The notes beneath the pieces are model-generated. The model searched no databases. It was not told the origin of the DNA and worked only from the letters and a program-made list of their open reading frames with translations. Shown piece after piece: positions 15,206 through 23,295 of a stretch of DNA of 26,575 bases. The DNA comes from an uncultured Desulfobacteraceae bacterium (GTDB taxonomy: Bacteria > Desulfobacterota > DSM-4660 > Desulfatiglandales > Desulfatiglandaceae), in assembly GCA_964483185.1 (NCBI GenBank), contig CAZACO010000001.1, positions 1-26,575 of the forward strand, given 5' to 3'. The stretch's first letter is position 1; each line of letters starts with the position of its first letter. Both the position numbers and the translations under genes were made by a program.

Positions 15206-17482
15206 ATGAATAATTTTCAATTTATAGGGAAAAGGATACCCGTCATTGATGCCAAGGAGAAGGTAACTGGCGAGGCCAAGTATACAGCCGATCTGAAATT
15301 TCCCCATATGCTTTACGGTAAAATTCTACGGAGCCCCCACCCCCACGCAAGAGTCCTGAATATCGATATCAGCCGCGCACAAAAGATCCCCGGAGTCAAA
15401 GCCATCGTGACCGGAGAACAGATCCCTAAGAAAAAAATAGGCGCCTTTATCGAAGATCAATATATCCTGGCCGTGGATAAAGTACGTTATATCGGAGAAG
15501 AAATCGCGGCGGTAGCGGCCATCGATGAAGAGACAGCAGAGGAAGCCTGTAATCTGATCGAAGTAGACTACGAGGTTCTCCCGGCAGTTTTTGATGTGGA
15601 AAAGGCCATCTTGCCGGATGCTCCGCGGATCCACGAGGAAGCCGTGAACAACATTGCCATGCGGCTAGATATCAATCGGGGAGATGTCAAGACAGGGTTT
15701 GAAGAATCTGATTATATCTTTGAGGAACGCTTTAGCACACCAAGTGTACATCAGGGTTATATGGAGCCCATGGCTGCGATTGCTTCGTTTGATATCCATG
15801 GCAGAATGACCCTGTGGGCTCCGGTTCAACATATCTACTTGGCCCGGGCTCATTTAGCCAAGGCCTTGAGTATGCCGGTGAGCGCCATCCGCGTCATCCA
15901 ACCTAAAGTGGGCGGCGGATTCGGTGGTAAAACTGCTGATCAGATGAGCATCCCGATTTGTTGTGTGCTGGCCAAAGCGACCCAAAAACCTGTGAAGCTT
16001 GTCTTGACCCGAAAGGAGGAGTTTATTTCAGGCAGGCCACGAGTGGCAACCGTTATTTATTTAAAGATGGGTGTAAAAAGCGACGGGACCTTCATGGCCA
16101 AGGAAGCCAGAATTTTTTCGGACAATGGAGCTTATTCAGGGAAAAGTCCCTCCATTATGACGACCACTGCAATCCGCGCTGATGCCCTTTATCAATACAA
16201 GAATGTCAAAGCCGAAGCCAACTTGGTCTATACAAACAAAGTGCCCACAGGAGGCTATCGCGGATTTGGGAATCCCCAGATGGCCTTTGCGGTTGAAAGT
16301 CTTATTGACACCATTGCCCACCAGCTTGAATTGGACCCACTCGAGATTCGTCTGAAGAATGCTGTCGAACCGGGTATGACAACAGTCCACGGATGGAAGA
16401 TCAAGAGCTGCGGCTATCGGGAGTGTATTACAAAAGCGGCGGCCGCCGCAGAATGGAACAGGTATAAAAAAGGGAAGCGTACTGCCAAGATCGGCGTAGG
16501 GATCGCCGGGGCTGCGGATGTAAGCGGGAATAAGCACTTCGGCTATGATGGTTCGAACATTCTCCTAAAAATAACCGAAGATGGAAAAGCCAGGATCATC
16601 TCTGGCGAAGGAGATATCGGCCAGGGTGGAACAACCATATTGACACAGATTGTCGCTGAGGAATTGGGGATTCCTTTGGAAGAGATAGAGGTCTCGGTGG
16701 CCGATACAGATTCAACCCTCTTTTGCTTGGGTGCCTTTGCAAGCCGTTTAACTACGCTGGCTGGCAATGCGGTAAAATTAGCAGCGGCGGATGCTAAAAG
16801 ACAGCTTTTTGATATCGCTGCAAAGGTTCTGGAAGCGAATCAGGAGGATTTATTGTGTAAAAATGGAAAAGTATTTGTGCAGGGGTCTTTAGAAAAAAAG
16901 TTGACGATAGCCGAAGTCATGCAGGCAGGACTTCTGAAATTGGGGAAATTCGGCAATATCAATATCCTGGGCCGAGGTTCTTTTGACCCGGATTCTGAAG
17001 TATGGGACCCTAAGAGCAAATATGGAAATATCGCCAGCACCTATCAATTTGCGGCCCATGTCGCGGTGGTGAAAGTATGCGAGGAAACTGGCCACATACA
17101 GATATTGGATTATGCGGCTGCGCACGATGTTGGCCGGGCCATTAACATGCTGACTTTGGAAGGTCAAATTGAAGGAGGGGTTACCCAGGGAATCGGATAT
17201 GCCCTATGGGAAAATTATTTGTTTAAAGACGGCAAGCTTCTCAATCCTAATTTTACTGACTTCAAAATCCCTCTGGCCCCGGATTTACCACCCATCAAAA
17301 ACATCATTGTCGAACCTGGGGATCCTGTAGGCCCATTTGGGGCGAAAGGCGTGGGTCAGACCCCCTTGGTTCCTGCGGCACCGGCAATTGCCAACGCTAT
17401 CTTTGATGCGGTGGGGGTAAGGATTACCGATTTACCCATCACTTCCGGTAAAATCCTGCAGGCCTTACGGGAAAGAAAATGA
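15206..17482 (+). CDS. Xanthine dehydrogenase family molybdopterin-binding (large) subunit 1
   Basis: KVTGEAKYTAD, LRSPHPHA, HQGYMEP, VGGGFGGK, GYRGFGNPQ, DIGQG, GAFASR, EGQIEGGVTQGIG, GPFGAKGVGQ. Confidence 0.95.
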   Translation: MNNFQFIGKRIPVIDAKEKVTGEAKYTADLKFPHMLYGKILRSPHPHARVLNIDISRAQKIPGVKAIVTGEQIPKKKIGAFIEDQYILAVDKVRYIGEEIAAVAAIDEETAEEACNLIEVDYEVLPAVFDVEKAILPDAPRIHEEAVNNIAMRLDINRGDVKTGFEESDYIFEERFSTPSVHQGYMEPMAAIASFDIHGRMTLWAPVQHIYLARAHLAKALSMPVSAIRVIQPKVGGGFGGKTADQMSIPICCVLAKATQKPVKLVLTRKEEFISGRPRVATVIYLKMGVKSDGTFMAKEARIFSDNGAYSGKSPSIMTTTAIRADALYQYKNVKAEANLVYTNKVPTGGYRGFGNPQMAFAVESLIDTIAHQLELDPLEIRLKNAVEPGMTTVHGWKIKSCGYRECITKAAAAAEWNRYKKGKRTAKIGVGIAGAADVSGNKHFGYDGSNILLKITEDGKARIISGEGDIGQGGTTILTQIVAEELGIPLEEIEVSVADTDSTLFCLGAFASRLTTLAGNAVKLAAADAKRQLFDIAAKVLEANQEDLLCKNGKVFVQGSLEKKLTIAEVMQAGLLKLGKFGNINILGRGSFDPDSEVWDPKSKYGNIASTYQFAAHVAVVKVCEETGHIQILDYAAAHDVGRAINMLTLEGQIEGGVTQGIGYALWENYLFKDGKLLNPNFTDFKIPLAPDLPPIKNIIVEPGDPVGPFGAKGVGQTPLVPAAPAIANAIFDAVGVRITDLPITSGKILQALRERK

Positions 17483-17545
17483 AAAACTAGGATTGGCGTT
17501 CTCCGGTTGCCCGAAAGGGTCAGACAATCTGCTGAGAGATGAGAT

Positions 17546-18001
17546 ATGAAGGAATATGACCTTTACGGTGGTCTGTTCTGGCTGCTCATGGCCATTTTTG
17601 TGAGCGTCATGGGGGTGAAGTTTGGCCTGGGGACCCTCGGATATCCCGGCCCCGGATTTTTCCCCTTTCTGGTGGGTCTAATATTGTTCTGCTTCTCTTT
17701 CGGCATCATCATTATTGCCTTTAAAGAAAAAGCCAAAGGGCCAGGGTTTACGGAATGGCCGTTTTTCGGAAAAAAGGTCTTTGCTACCCTGGCCATTCTA
17801 TTCGCCTACTCTTTTTCCCTTGAATATCTCGGATTCATTATTGGTTCATCTCTCTTAATGTTTTATCTCTTCAAGGTACCCGGGGCCCAAAAGTGGTGGC
17901 TTTCCGCGACCGCCACAGTGGTTACAATTGCCCTGGCGTACTATTTTTTCGTAGTCCTGCTGAAGGCGCAGTTACCGAAAGGGCTCTTGGATATGGGTTA
18001 G
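17546..18001 (+). CDS. tctB: Tripartite tricarboxylate transporter small membrane subunit TctB
   Basis: Four TM helices, GPGFFP motif, LEYLGF, C-terminal L..QLPKG; directly upstream of tctA. Confidence 0.88.
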   Translation: MKEYDLYGGLFWLLMAIFVSVMGVKFGLGTLGYPGPGFFPFLVGLILFCFSFGIIIIAFKEKAKGPGFTEWPFFGKKVFATLAILFAYSFSLEYLGFIIGSSLLMFYLFKVPGAQKWWLSATATVVTIALAYYFFVVLLKAQLPKGLLDMG

Positions 18002-18116
18002 GCGCCGATATAGAGGTGGTCCAATCCCGGATGGCTCATCACTATAGAACCTTGAGAAAATGAAAACCGGTAACTGCCTGAAGTTGCTTGGCATTTACTT
18101 CTTTAGGGATATTAGA

Positions 18117-19655
18117 TTGGATACTTACAGCAGCATCGTTTTAGGATTAGAAATCGGGCTGTTGCCGATGAATTTACTCTTTTGTTTTATAGGGGTACTG
18201 ACTGGAACTCTAGTGGGAGTGCTTCCGGGGGTCGGACCGGTGGCGGCGATGGCCCTGCTTTTGCCCGCTACGTTCCACATAGCCCCGGCGGCTGCTATCA
18301 TCATGCTGGCCGGAATCTATTACGGGTCGATGTACGGCGGATCAACCACCTCCATCTTGGTCAATATCCCCGGGGAAGCAGGTTCCGTGATTACCTGCCT
18401 GGATGGATATCAGATGGCCCGCAAGGGGAGAGCGGGCCCCGCCTTAGGCATATCCGCCTTTGGTTCTTTCATCGCCGGAACGTTCGGGGTGTTGATCCTG
18501 ATGCTAATCGCCAATCCGATGGCGGAATTTGTATTGAAATTCGGCCCTCCTGAATATTCTGCCGTCATGGTCCTTGGCTTGAGCTTATTGATTTATCTTG
18601 CTCAGGGATCCAGAATTAAGGCGCTGGTGATGGCCTGTTTTGGTTTGATTCTCAGCTTTATCGGCATTGACGTTTTGACCGGGCAGCATCGGTTGAATTT
18701 CGGATCGATGAACTTCGCGGAAGGCGTCGGGTTGGTCCCCGTGATTATGGGAGTCTTCGGCATCTCCGAAGTATTGATCAACATGGAACAGATGACGAAG
18801 CAGGAGATCTATGAGACGAAAATCCGCGGGCTTTTCCCATCATTGAACGACTGGGCGAGGTCGAAATGGCCGATCATTCGTGGTTCGGTCCTGGGTTTCA
18901 TTCTGGGGGTTCTCCCCGGAGGCGGGCCAACCCTGGCGGCCTTTGCGAGTTACGCCCTGGAAAAAAAGATATCCAAGCACCCGGAAACATTTGGAACCGG
19001 TGCCATTGAGGGAGTCGCAGGACCCGAGTCTGCCAACAATTCCGCCACGTCAGGAGGTTTTATTCCCTTGTTTCTCATCGGGATTCCCACCAATGGGATT
19101 CTGGCAATGCTTTTCAGCGCCCTTCTGATTCACGGCCTTCAGCCTGGACCGTTATTGCTGCAGCAGAACCCCGAGGTCTTTTGGGGAGTAGTGATGAGCA
19201 TGTATATCGGGAACGTGATGCTTCTCGTATTAAACCTGCCTTTGATCGGAGTCTGGATAAAAATATTGAAGATACCCTATCCGATTCTATTTCCCCTGAT
19301 CATATTCTTTTGCTTAATCGGCTCCTACAGCATTAACAACAACGCATTGGACGTAATCGTCATGTTGATTTTTGGCTTGATCGGTTATGTCATGAGAAAG
19401 TTCGGTTACGAGGGTGCCCCGCTGATTCTGGCCCTTATTCTGGGTCCGATGCTGGAGCGGTCCTTCATTCAATCCCTGAACATGTCTGGGGGGACCTATC
19501 AGATATTCTTCGGGAGCGTCATTTCCGCCGTAACGATGATCATTGCATTGGGCGTGATCTTTTCCTCGTTAATCCCGCTTTTACGAAAGAGAAGTCCAGT
19601 AACCGAGAGTTTTTCGAAGAAATGCTCAGAGGACCGTGTTACTGTTGAGGACTAG
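18117..19655 (+). CDS. tctA: Tripartite tricarboxylate transporter large membrane subunit TctA
   Basis: GTLVGVLPGVG, YYGSMYGGS, NIPGE, DGYQMARKG, GPESANN, GIPT, GLQPGP. The likely start is TTG 18117 (MDTYSS…); the ORF track uses 18060. Confidence 0.95.
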   Translation: MDTYSSIVLGLEIGLLPMNLLFCFIGVLTGTLVGVLPGVGPVAAMALLLPATFHIAPAAAIIMLAGIYYGSMYGGSTTSILVNIPGEAGSVITCLDGYQMARKGRAGPALGISAFGSFIAGTFGVLILMLIANPMAEFVLKFGPPEYSAVMVLGLSLLIYLAQGSRIKALVMACFGLILSFIGIDVLTGQHRLNFGSMNFAEGVGLVPVIMGVFGISEVLINMEQMTKQEIYETKIRGLFPSLNDWARSKWPIIRGSVLGFILGVLPGGGPTLAAFASYALEKKISKHPETFGTGAIEGVAGPESANNSATSGGFIPLFLIGIPTNGILAMLFSALLIHGLQPGPLLLQQNPEVFWGVVMSMYIGNVMLLVLNLPLIGVWIKILKIPYPILFPLIIFFCLIGSYSINNNALDVIVMLIFGLIGYVMRKFGYEGAPLILALILGPMLERSFIQSLNMSGGTYQIFFGSVISAVTMIIALGVIFSSLIPLLRKRSPVTESFSKKCSEDRVTVED

Positions 19656-19666
19656 CTTAGGAGAGG

Positions 19667-20461
19667 ATGAACTCTATGATAATCTTGCGATACCAGTGGA
19701 AGGGGATGATCAGGTGGGGCATTCTGGAAGGGGAAGAGAAGATCTTCGCGTTGGAAGGAGATCTTTACGGCGATTTTGGAAAAGGCAAAGAAGTCTGCCG
19801 TTTGGCTGATGTCAAGCTCCTCGCCCCTGCAGAACCGACCATCATGGTAGCCTGCGGCATGAACTATCGGGCACGGTTCCTAGAAGGCGGGTTGAAGGAG
19901 GAGCCGCAGGAGCCAATCCTTTTCTTTAAGCCTGCAACAGCGGTGATCGGTTCTTTTGAAGACGTGGTTTTTCCGGCGATTGCGCGAGAAATGCGCTATG
20001 AGGGTGAGCTATGCGTGGTCATGAAGAGGCATGCCAGAAATGTATCGGAGAAAGATGCAATGCGTTATGTATTAGGATACACCTGCGGGAATGAGTTGGG
20101 GGCAATGGATCTAATGAAGAAGGACCGTTGGATGACAAGGGCCAAAGGCTTCGACACCTCCGGCCCCCTGGGTCCTTTTCTTGTCACGGATCTCAATCCT
20201 CATGGCCTGTCGATCAAGAGCCGGCTCAATGGCCAAACCAGACAAGACAGCCATACGAGCCTCATGATTTTTCGGGTGGAAAAGCTGATCAGTTATATTT
20301 CGGAGTTTATGACCCTTCGCCCCGGAGACGTCATCTGGACAGGTACCCCTGCTGGGAACAGCAATGTGAAGGTGGGGGATCTCATGGAAGTCGAGATCGA
20401 AGGAATCGGAATCCTTAGCAACAGGGTTGTTGCGTCGAGTAATTCTGGAAAAAGAGCGTGA
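19667..20461 (+). CDS. Fumarylacetoacetate hydrolase (FAH) family protein
   Basis: EPILFFKP, YEGEL, GYTCGNE, RAKGFDTSGPLGP, TLRPGDVIWTGTP, GDLMEVEIEGIGILSN. Confidence 0.92.
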   Translation: MNSMIILRYQWKGMIRWGILEGEEKIFALEGDLYGDFGKGKEVCRLADVKLLAPAEPTIMVACGMNYRARFLEGGLKEEPQEPILFFKPATAVIGSFEDVVFPAIAREMRYEGELCVVMKRHARNVSEKDAMRYVLGYTCGNELGAMDLMKKDRWMTRAKGFDTSGPLGPFLVTDLNPHGLSIKSRLNGQTRQDSHTSLMIFRVEKLISYISEFMTLRPGDVIWTGTPAGNSNVKVGDLMEVEIEGIGILSNRVVASSNSGKRA

Positions 20462-20520
20462 GGAAGAAAACTTGGTGATAAAAGGAAATGCAGTGCACAA
20501 GAAATACAAGGAGTATTTAC

Positions 20521-21309
20521 ATGGAGCAAATTACGGGAAATGTATTCTATGAGAATAGATTTCGGGGATGCAATCTTGGCCTTGTGGTCACCGATGATGG
20601 TGTTGTCCTGATCGATACCCCTGTGGATTTTGAAGTTGCCCAAGGGTGGATGGGGGAGATTGCCAAACGAGGGGAAGTTCGCTGTATCATCAATACGGAA
20701 CATCACATGGACCACTGGTTGTGCAACGGGCTCTTTGCGGGGGACATCATCGCCCATGAAGCAACCCGGGAGACCATGCTGACCATGGATCTCGATTTCA
20801 TCGCCAAGCGAACACAGATCCTCTATCTTGAGCCCCACCAAATCCCGGAGGGGTATCAACTGAAGTATCCAAACATGACCTACCACGGGAGGATGACACT
20901 CTATTTTGGGAAACACACCTTTCATCTCATTCATACTCCTGGCCACACTCCCGGAGTCACGGCCGTTTATATTCCTGAAGAGAGGGTAGTCTTCACGGGT
21001 GATAACGTCGTCGGCGGGACCCGTACAGCCTACCACGATGCCCTGCCCGAAAAATGGATCGAGTCCCTCAAGCGGCTGCAAGACCTGGATATCCAAACAG
21101 TGCTTCCCGGCCATGGAAAGGTGTGCGATAAAGCATATTTGAAGCAGCAGGCGGAGATCGTACACGGATGGTGGCAAGGAACACAAAAAGCCAAGACCGA
21201 AGGCATCCCTTTTGACGATGAGGCGAAACGCAAAATCGATCCCTTTTTCGATTTTCGAGACACCGGGATCAGACCTACGGTGACTTTGACCGCCACATCG
21301 GCCCGATAA
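20521..21309 (+). CDS. Metallo-beta-lactamase-fold hydrolase (cyclase-like group)
   Basis: ATG 20521 follows AAGGAG. NLGLV…GVVLIDTP, INTEHHMDH, HTPGHT, FTGDN, PGHG. Confidence 0.9.
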   Translation: MEQITGNVFYENRFRGCNLGLVVTDDGVVLIDTPVDFEVAQGWMGEIAKRGEVRCIINTEHHMDHWLCNGLFAGDIIAHEATRETMLTMDLDFIAKRTQILYLEPHQIPEGYQLKYPNMTYHGRMTLYFGKHTFHLIHTPGHTPGVTAVYIPEERVVFTGDNVVGGTRTAYHDALPEKWIESLKRLQDLDIQTVLPGHGKVCDKAYLKQQAEIVHGWWQGTQKAKTEGIPFDDEAKRKIDPFFDFRDTGIRPTVTLTATSAR

Positions 21310-21353
21310 GGTCAGCCAATGATCATCAACCAGGCAAAGGAGGAGAATTGGAG

Positions 21354-22583
21354 ATGTCACAAGGTAAAGATGAAAGCCCATGGGTAGCGCCGGGGAAGTG
21401 GTCTGTCAGTCCCTACTGCTACGAGCCTGAGGTAAGAACTGATTGGCGGCTGCCCAAGGAGATTGCTATTCATGATGTTACTCTCAGAGATGGGGAGCAG
21501 ACGCCGGGGGTTGTCTTCCGAAAGGATGAAAAATTGAAAATAGCTCATGCCCTGGAGGATGCCGGCGTGCAGCGCATCGAGGGAGGCATGATTTCCACCT
21601 CCGAGGAAGATTTCGATGCAATCCGGGCCATGGTACGGGAAATCAAAAGATCCGAGGTGGCCTGCTTCTGCAGGGCACGACGCGACGACCTAGAACGGTC
21701 TCTCAAGGCCGGGGTACACCGGGTCATCATGGAGATAACCGCCCAGGATCCGATCATTAGAAAGATTTGGGGGAGCCGGGGGAAGGCGGTAGAAGAGATC
21801 ATCAAATTGGCTCAATTTGCTAAGACCAACGGTCTCAAGGTTACTTTCTTCCTCATGGAAAGCAGCCGAAGCCCACTGGATCTCCTGCGGGATTTCATTG
21901 TCCCGGTTGTTCGGGAGGGGAAGGTAGACCATGTCACGATCGTGGATACACGCGGATCAGCTTTCCCCCCCGCTTTCGCCTGGATAGTCTCCCAGGTCAA
22001 GCAATGGGTGCAGATTCCGGTTGAGGTCCATTGCCATAACAACTGGGGGCTGGCTACGGCTGCGACTCTGGCTGGAATCACGGCCGGGGCCGAGGTGGTT
22101 CACACCTGCATTAACGGGATGGGTGGCAACGCATCGCTGGATGAAATCGTTATGGGCGCCGAAGCTCTCTTGGGGGTGAAGACCGGCGTGAAGACGGAAA
22201 TGTTCCAGGAGATGTCCGCGAGGGTCAGAGAGATGTCCGGGGCCGACTGGTACAAGCCTTTTGTTGGGTCCCTGACTTCCCAGGTAGAGGTGGGCATCGC
22301 CACCCGGCAGATGTGGGATCGACGCAATGAAAAGGGGTATGGGCGGGCAGAACCGCTCAATTATGAGGTTGTTGGGGGGAAGGCGGTCGAGTTGGCGCTA
22401 GGGAAAAAGAGTGGAAGGTATTCGATGATGCTGAAGGCATGGGAGCACGGCCTGCCTCAACCTTCTGAAGAGCAGGCAACCGAAATGGTGAGTAGGGTGA
22501 AAAAGATTTCGGAAGCCGAAAAACGTCTGGTCACGGACGAGGAATTCAAGAAGATATACACCCAGGTCTGCGATGCTGGATAG
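21354..22583 (+). CDS. DRE-TIM metallolyase (HMGL-like; homocitrate/isopropylmalate synthase-like catalytic domain, no regulatory domain)
   Basis: IHDVTLRDGEQTPG, EVHCHNNWGLA.A..LAG..AGA, GMGGNA, LGKKSG. The start is ATG 21354, or TTG 21348. Confidence 0.88.
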   Translation: MSQGKDESPWVAPGKWSVSPYCYEPEVRTDWRLPKEIAIHDVTLRDGEQTPGVVFRKDEKLKIAHALEDAGVQRIEGGMISTSEEDFDAIRAMVREIKRSEVACFCRARRDDLERSLKAGVHRVIMEITAQDPIIRKIWGSRGKAVEEIIKLAQFAKTNGLKVTFFLMESSRSPLDLLRDFIVPVVREGKVDHVTIVDTRGSAFPPAFAWIVSQVKQWVQIPVEVHCHNNWGLATAATLAGITAGAEVVHTCINGMGGNASLDEIVMGAEALLGVKTGVKTEMFQEMSARVREMSGADWYKPFVGSLTSQVEVGIATRQMWDRRNEKGYGRAEPLNYEVVGGKAVELALGKKSGRYSMMLKAWEHGLPQPSEEQATEMVSRVKKISEAEKRLVTDEEFKKIYTQVCDAG

Positions 22584-22713
22584 GTTCTTTTCGTGGCTTA
22601 TTGGGCATTCCCCTTTTTAGAAAATCTTCTCCAGCAGCGTATTAAGGGCTTCCCCTTGCCTGAAGGGAATTTGCCCCAGGGCGAGGACTTTTAAGAGAGG
22701 GAGGGACGAATCC

Positions 22714-23295
22714 ATGGCGCCTGTGAGGAAATCCGAGGAGAGGAAAAAGTTGCGGAATCATTCCGTGGCCGAGAAGAAAGATAATCTGCCCAGGTTGGTT
22801 CGGCGCCTTTCAGTAAACGTGAACGGAAAGCAGGTTGAACTGGATGTCGATTCCCGCATGACCCTGGCTGAGTTCTTGCGCGAAAAGCTGGGTTTGACCG
22901 GCACGAAAGTGGGCTGCAACCGTGCCGAGTGCGGGAGCTGCACGGTCCTGCTTGACGGGAATCCCGTATATTCCTGCACTACATTGGCCGTGGAAGCGGC
23001 TGGCAGGAAAGTTGTGACCATTGAAGGGTTGGCAGTCAATGGTCAACTCCATCCGATTCAAGAAGCCTTCATTGAGCTGGACGCTCTCCAGTGCGGATTC
23101 TGCACACCCGGGATGATTCTGTCCCTTAAAGCCTTTCTGGAAAACAAGTTCCGGCCTACAGACGAAGAGATTAGAATTGCTATCGACGGAAACCTTTGTC
23201 GCTGCGGCTGCTATCCCAATATCATCCATGCAGCCAAAACCGCAGCCGAAAAAATGACACCTATCCGGGGTGGGGGAGAGGGAAAGGATGGATAG
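22714..23295 (+). CDS. Xanthine dehydrogenase family 2x[2Fe-2S] subunit (PaoA/YagT-like)
   Basis: GTKVGCNRAECGSCTV…YSCT, QCGFCTPG, GNLCRCGCYPNI. Charged N-terminal extension without a hydrophobic signal. Confidence 0.94.
   Translation: MAPVRKSEERKKLRNHSVAEKKDNLPRLVRRLSVNVNGKQVELDVDSRMTLAEFLREKLGLTGTKVGCNRAECGSCTVLLDGNPVYSCTTLAVEAAGRKVVTIEGLAVNGQLHPIQEAFIELDALQCGFCTPGMILSLKAFLENKFRPTDEEIRIAIDGNLCRCGCYPNIIHAAKTAAEKMTPIRGGGEGKDG

Noticed and set aside
13743-17482. Aerobic Mo-Cu CO dehydrogenase (coxMSL) or 4-hydroxybenzoyl-CoA reductase call
   Set aside because: The order is M-S-L, but the loop is GYRGFG, not AYRCSFR (form I) or AYRGAGR (form II). The FAD subunit lacks the HcrB [4Fe-4S] insertion.
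22584-22713. Possible Moco riboswitch in the gap upstream of the second Mo enzyme
   Set aside because: Some short hairpins can be drawn, but I could not recognise the conserved Moco-RNA motifs. An Infernal search would be needed.
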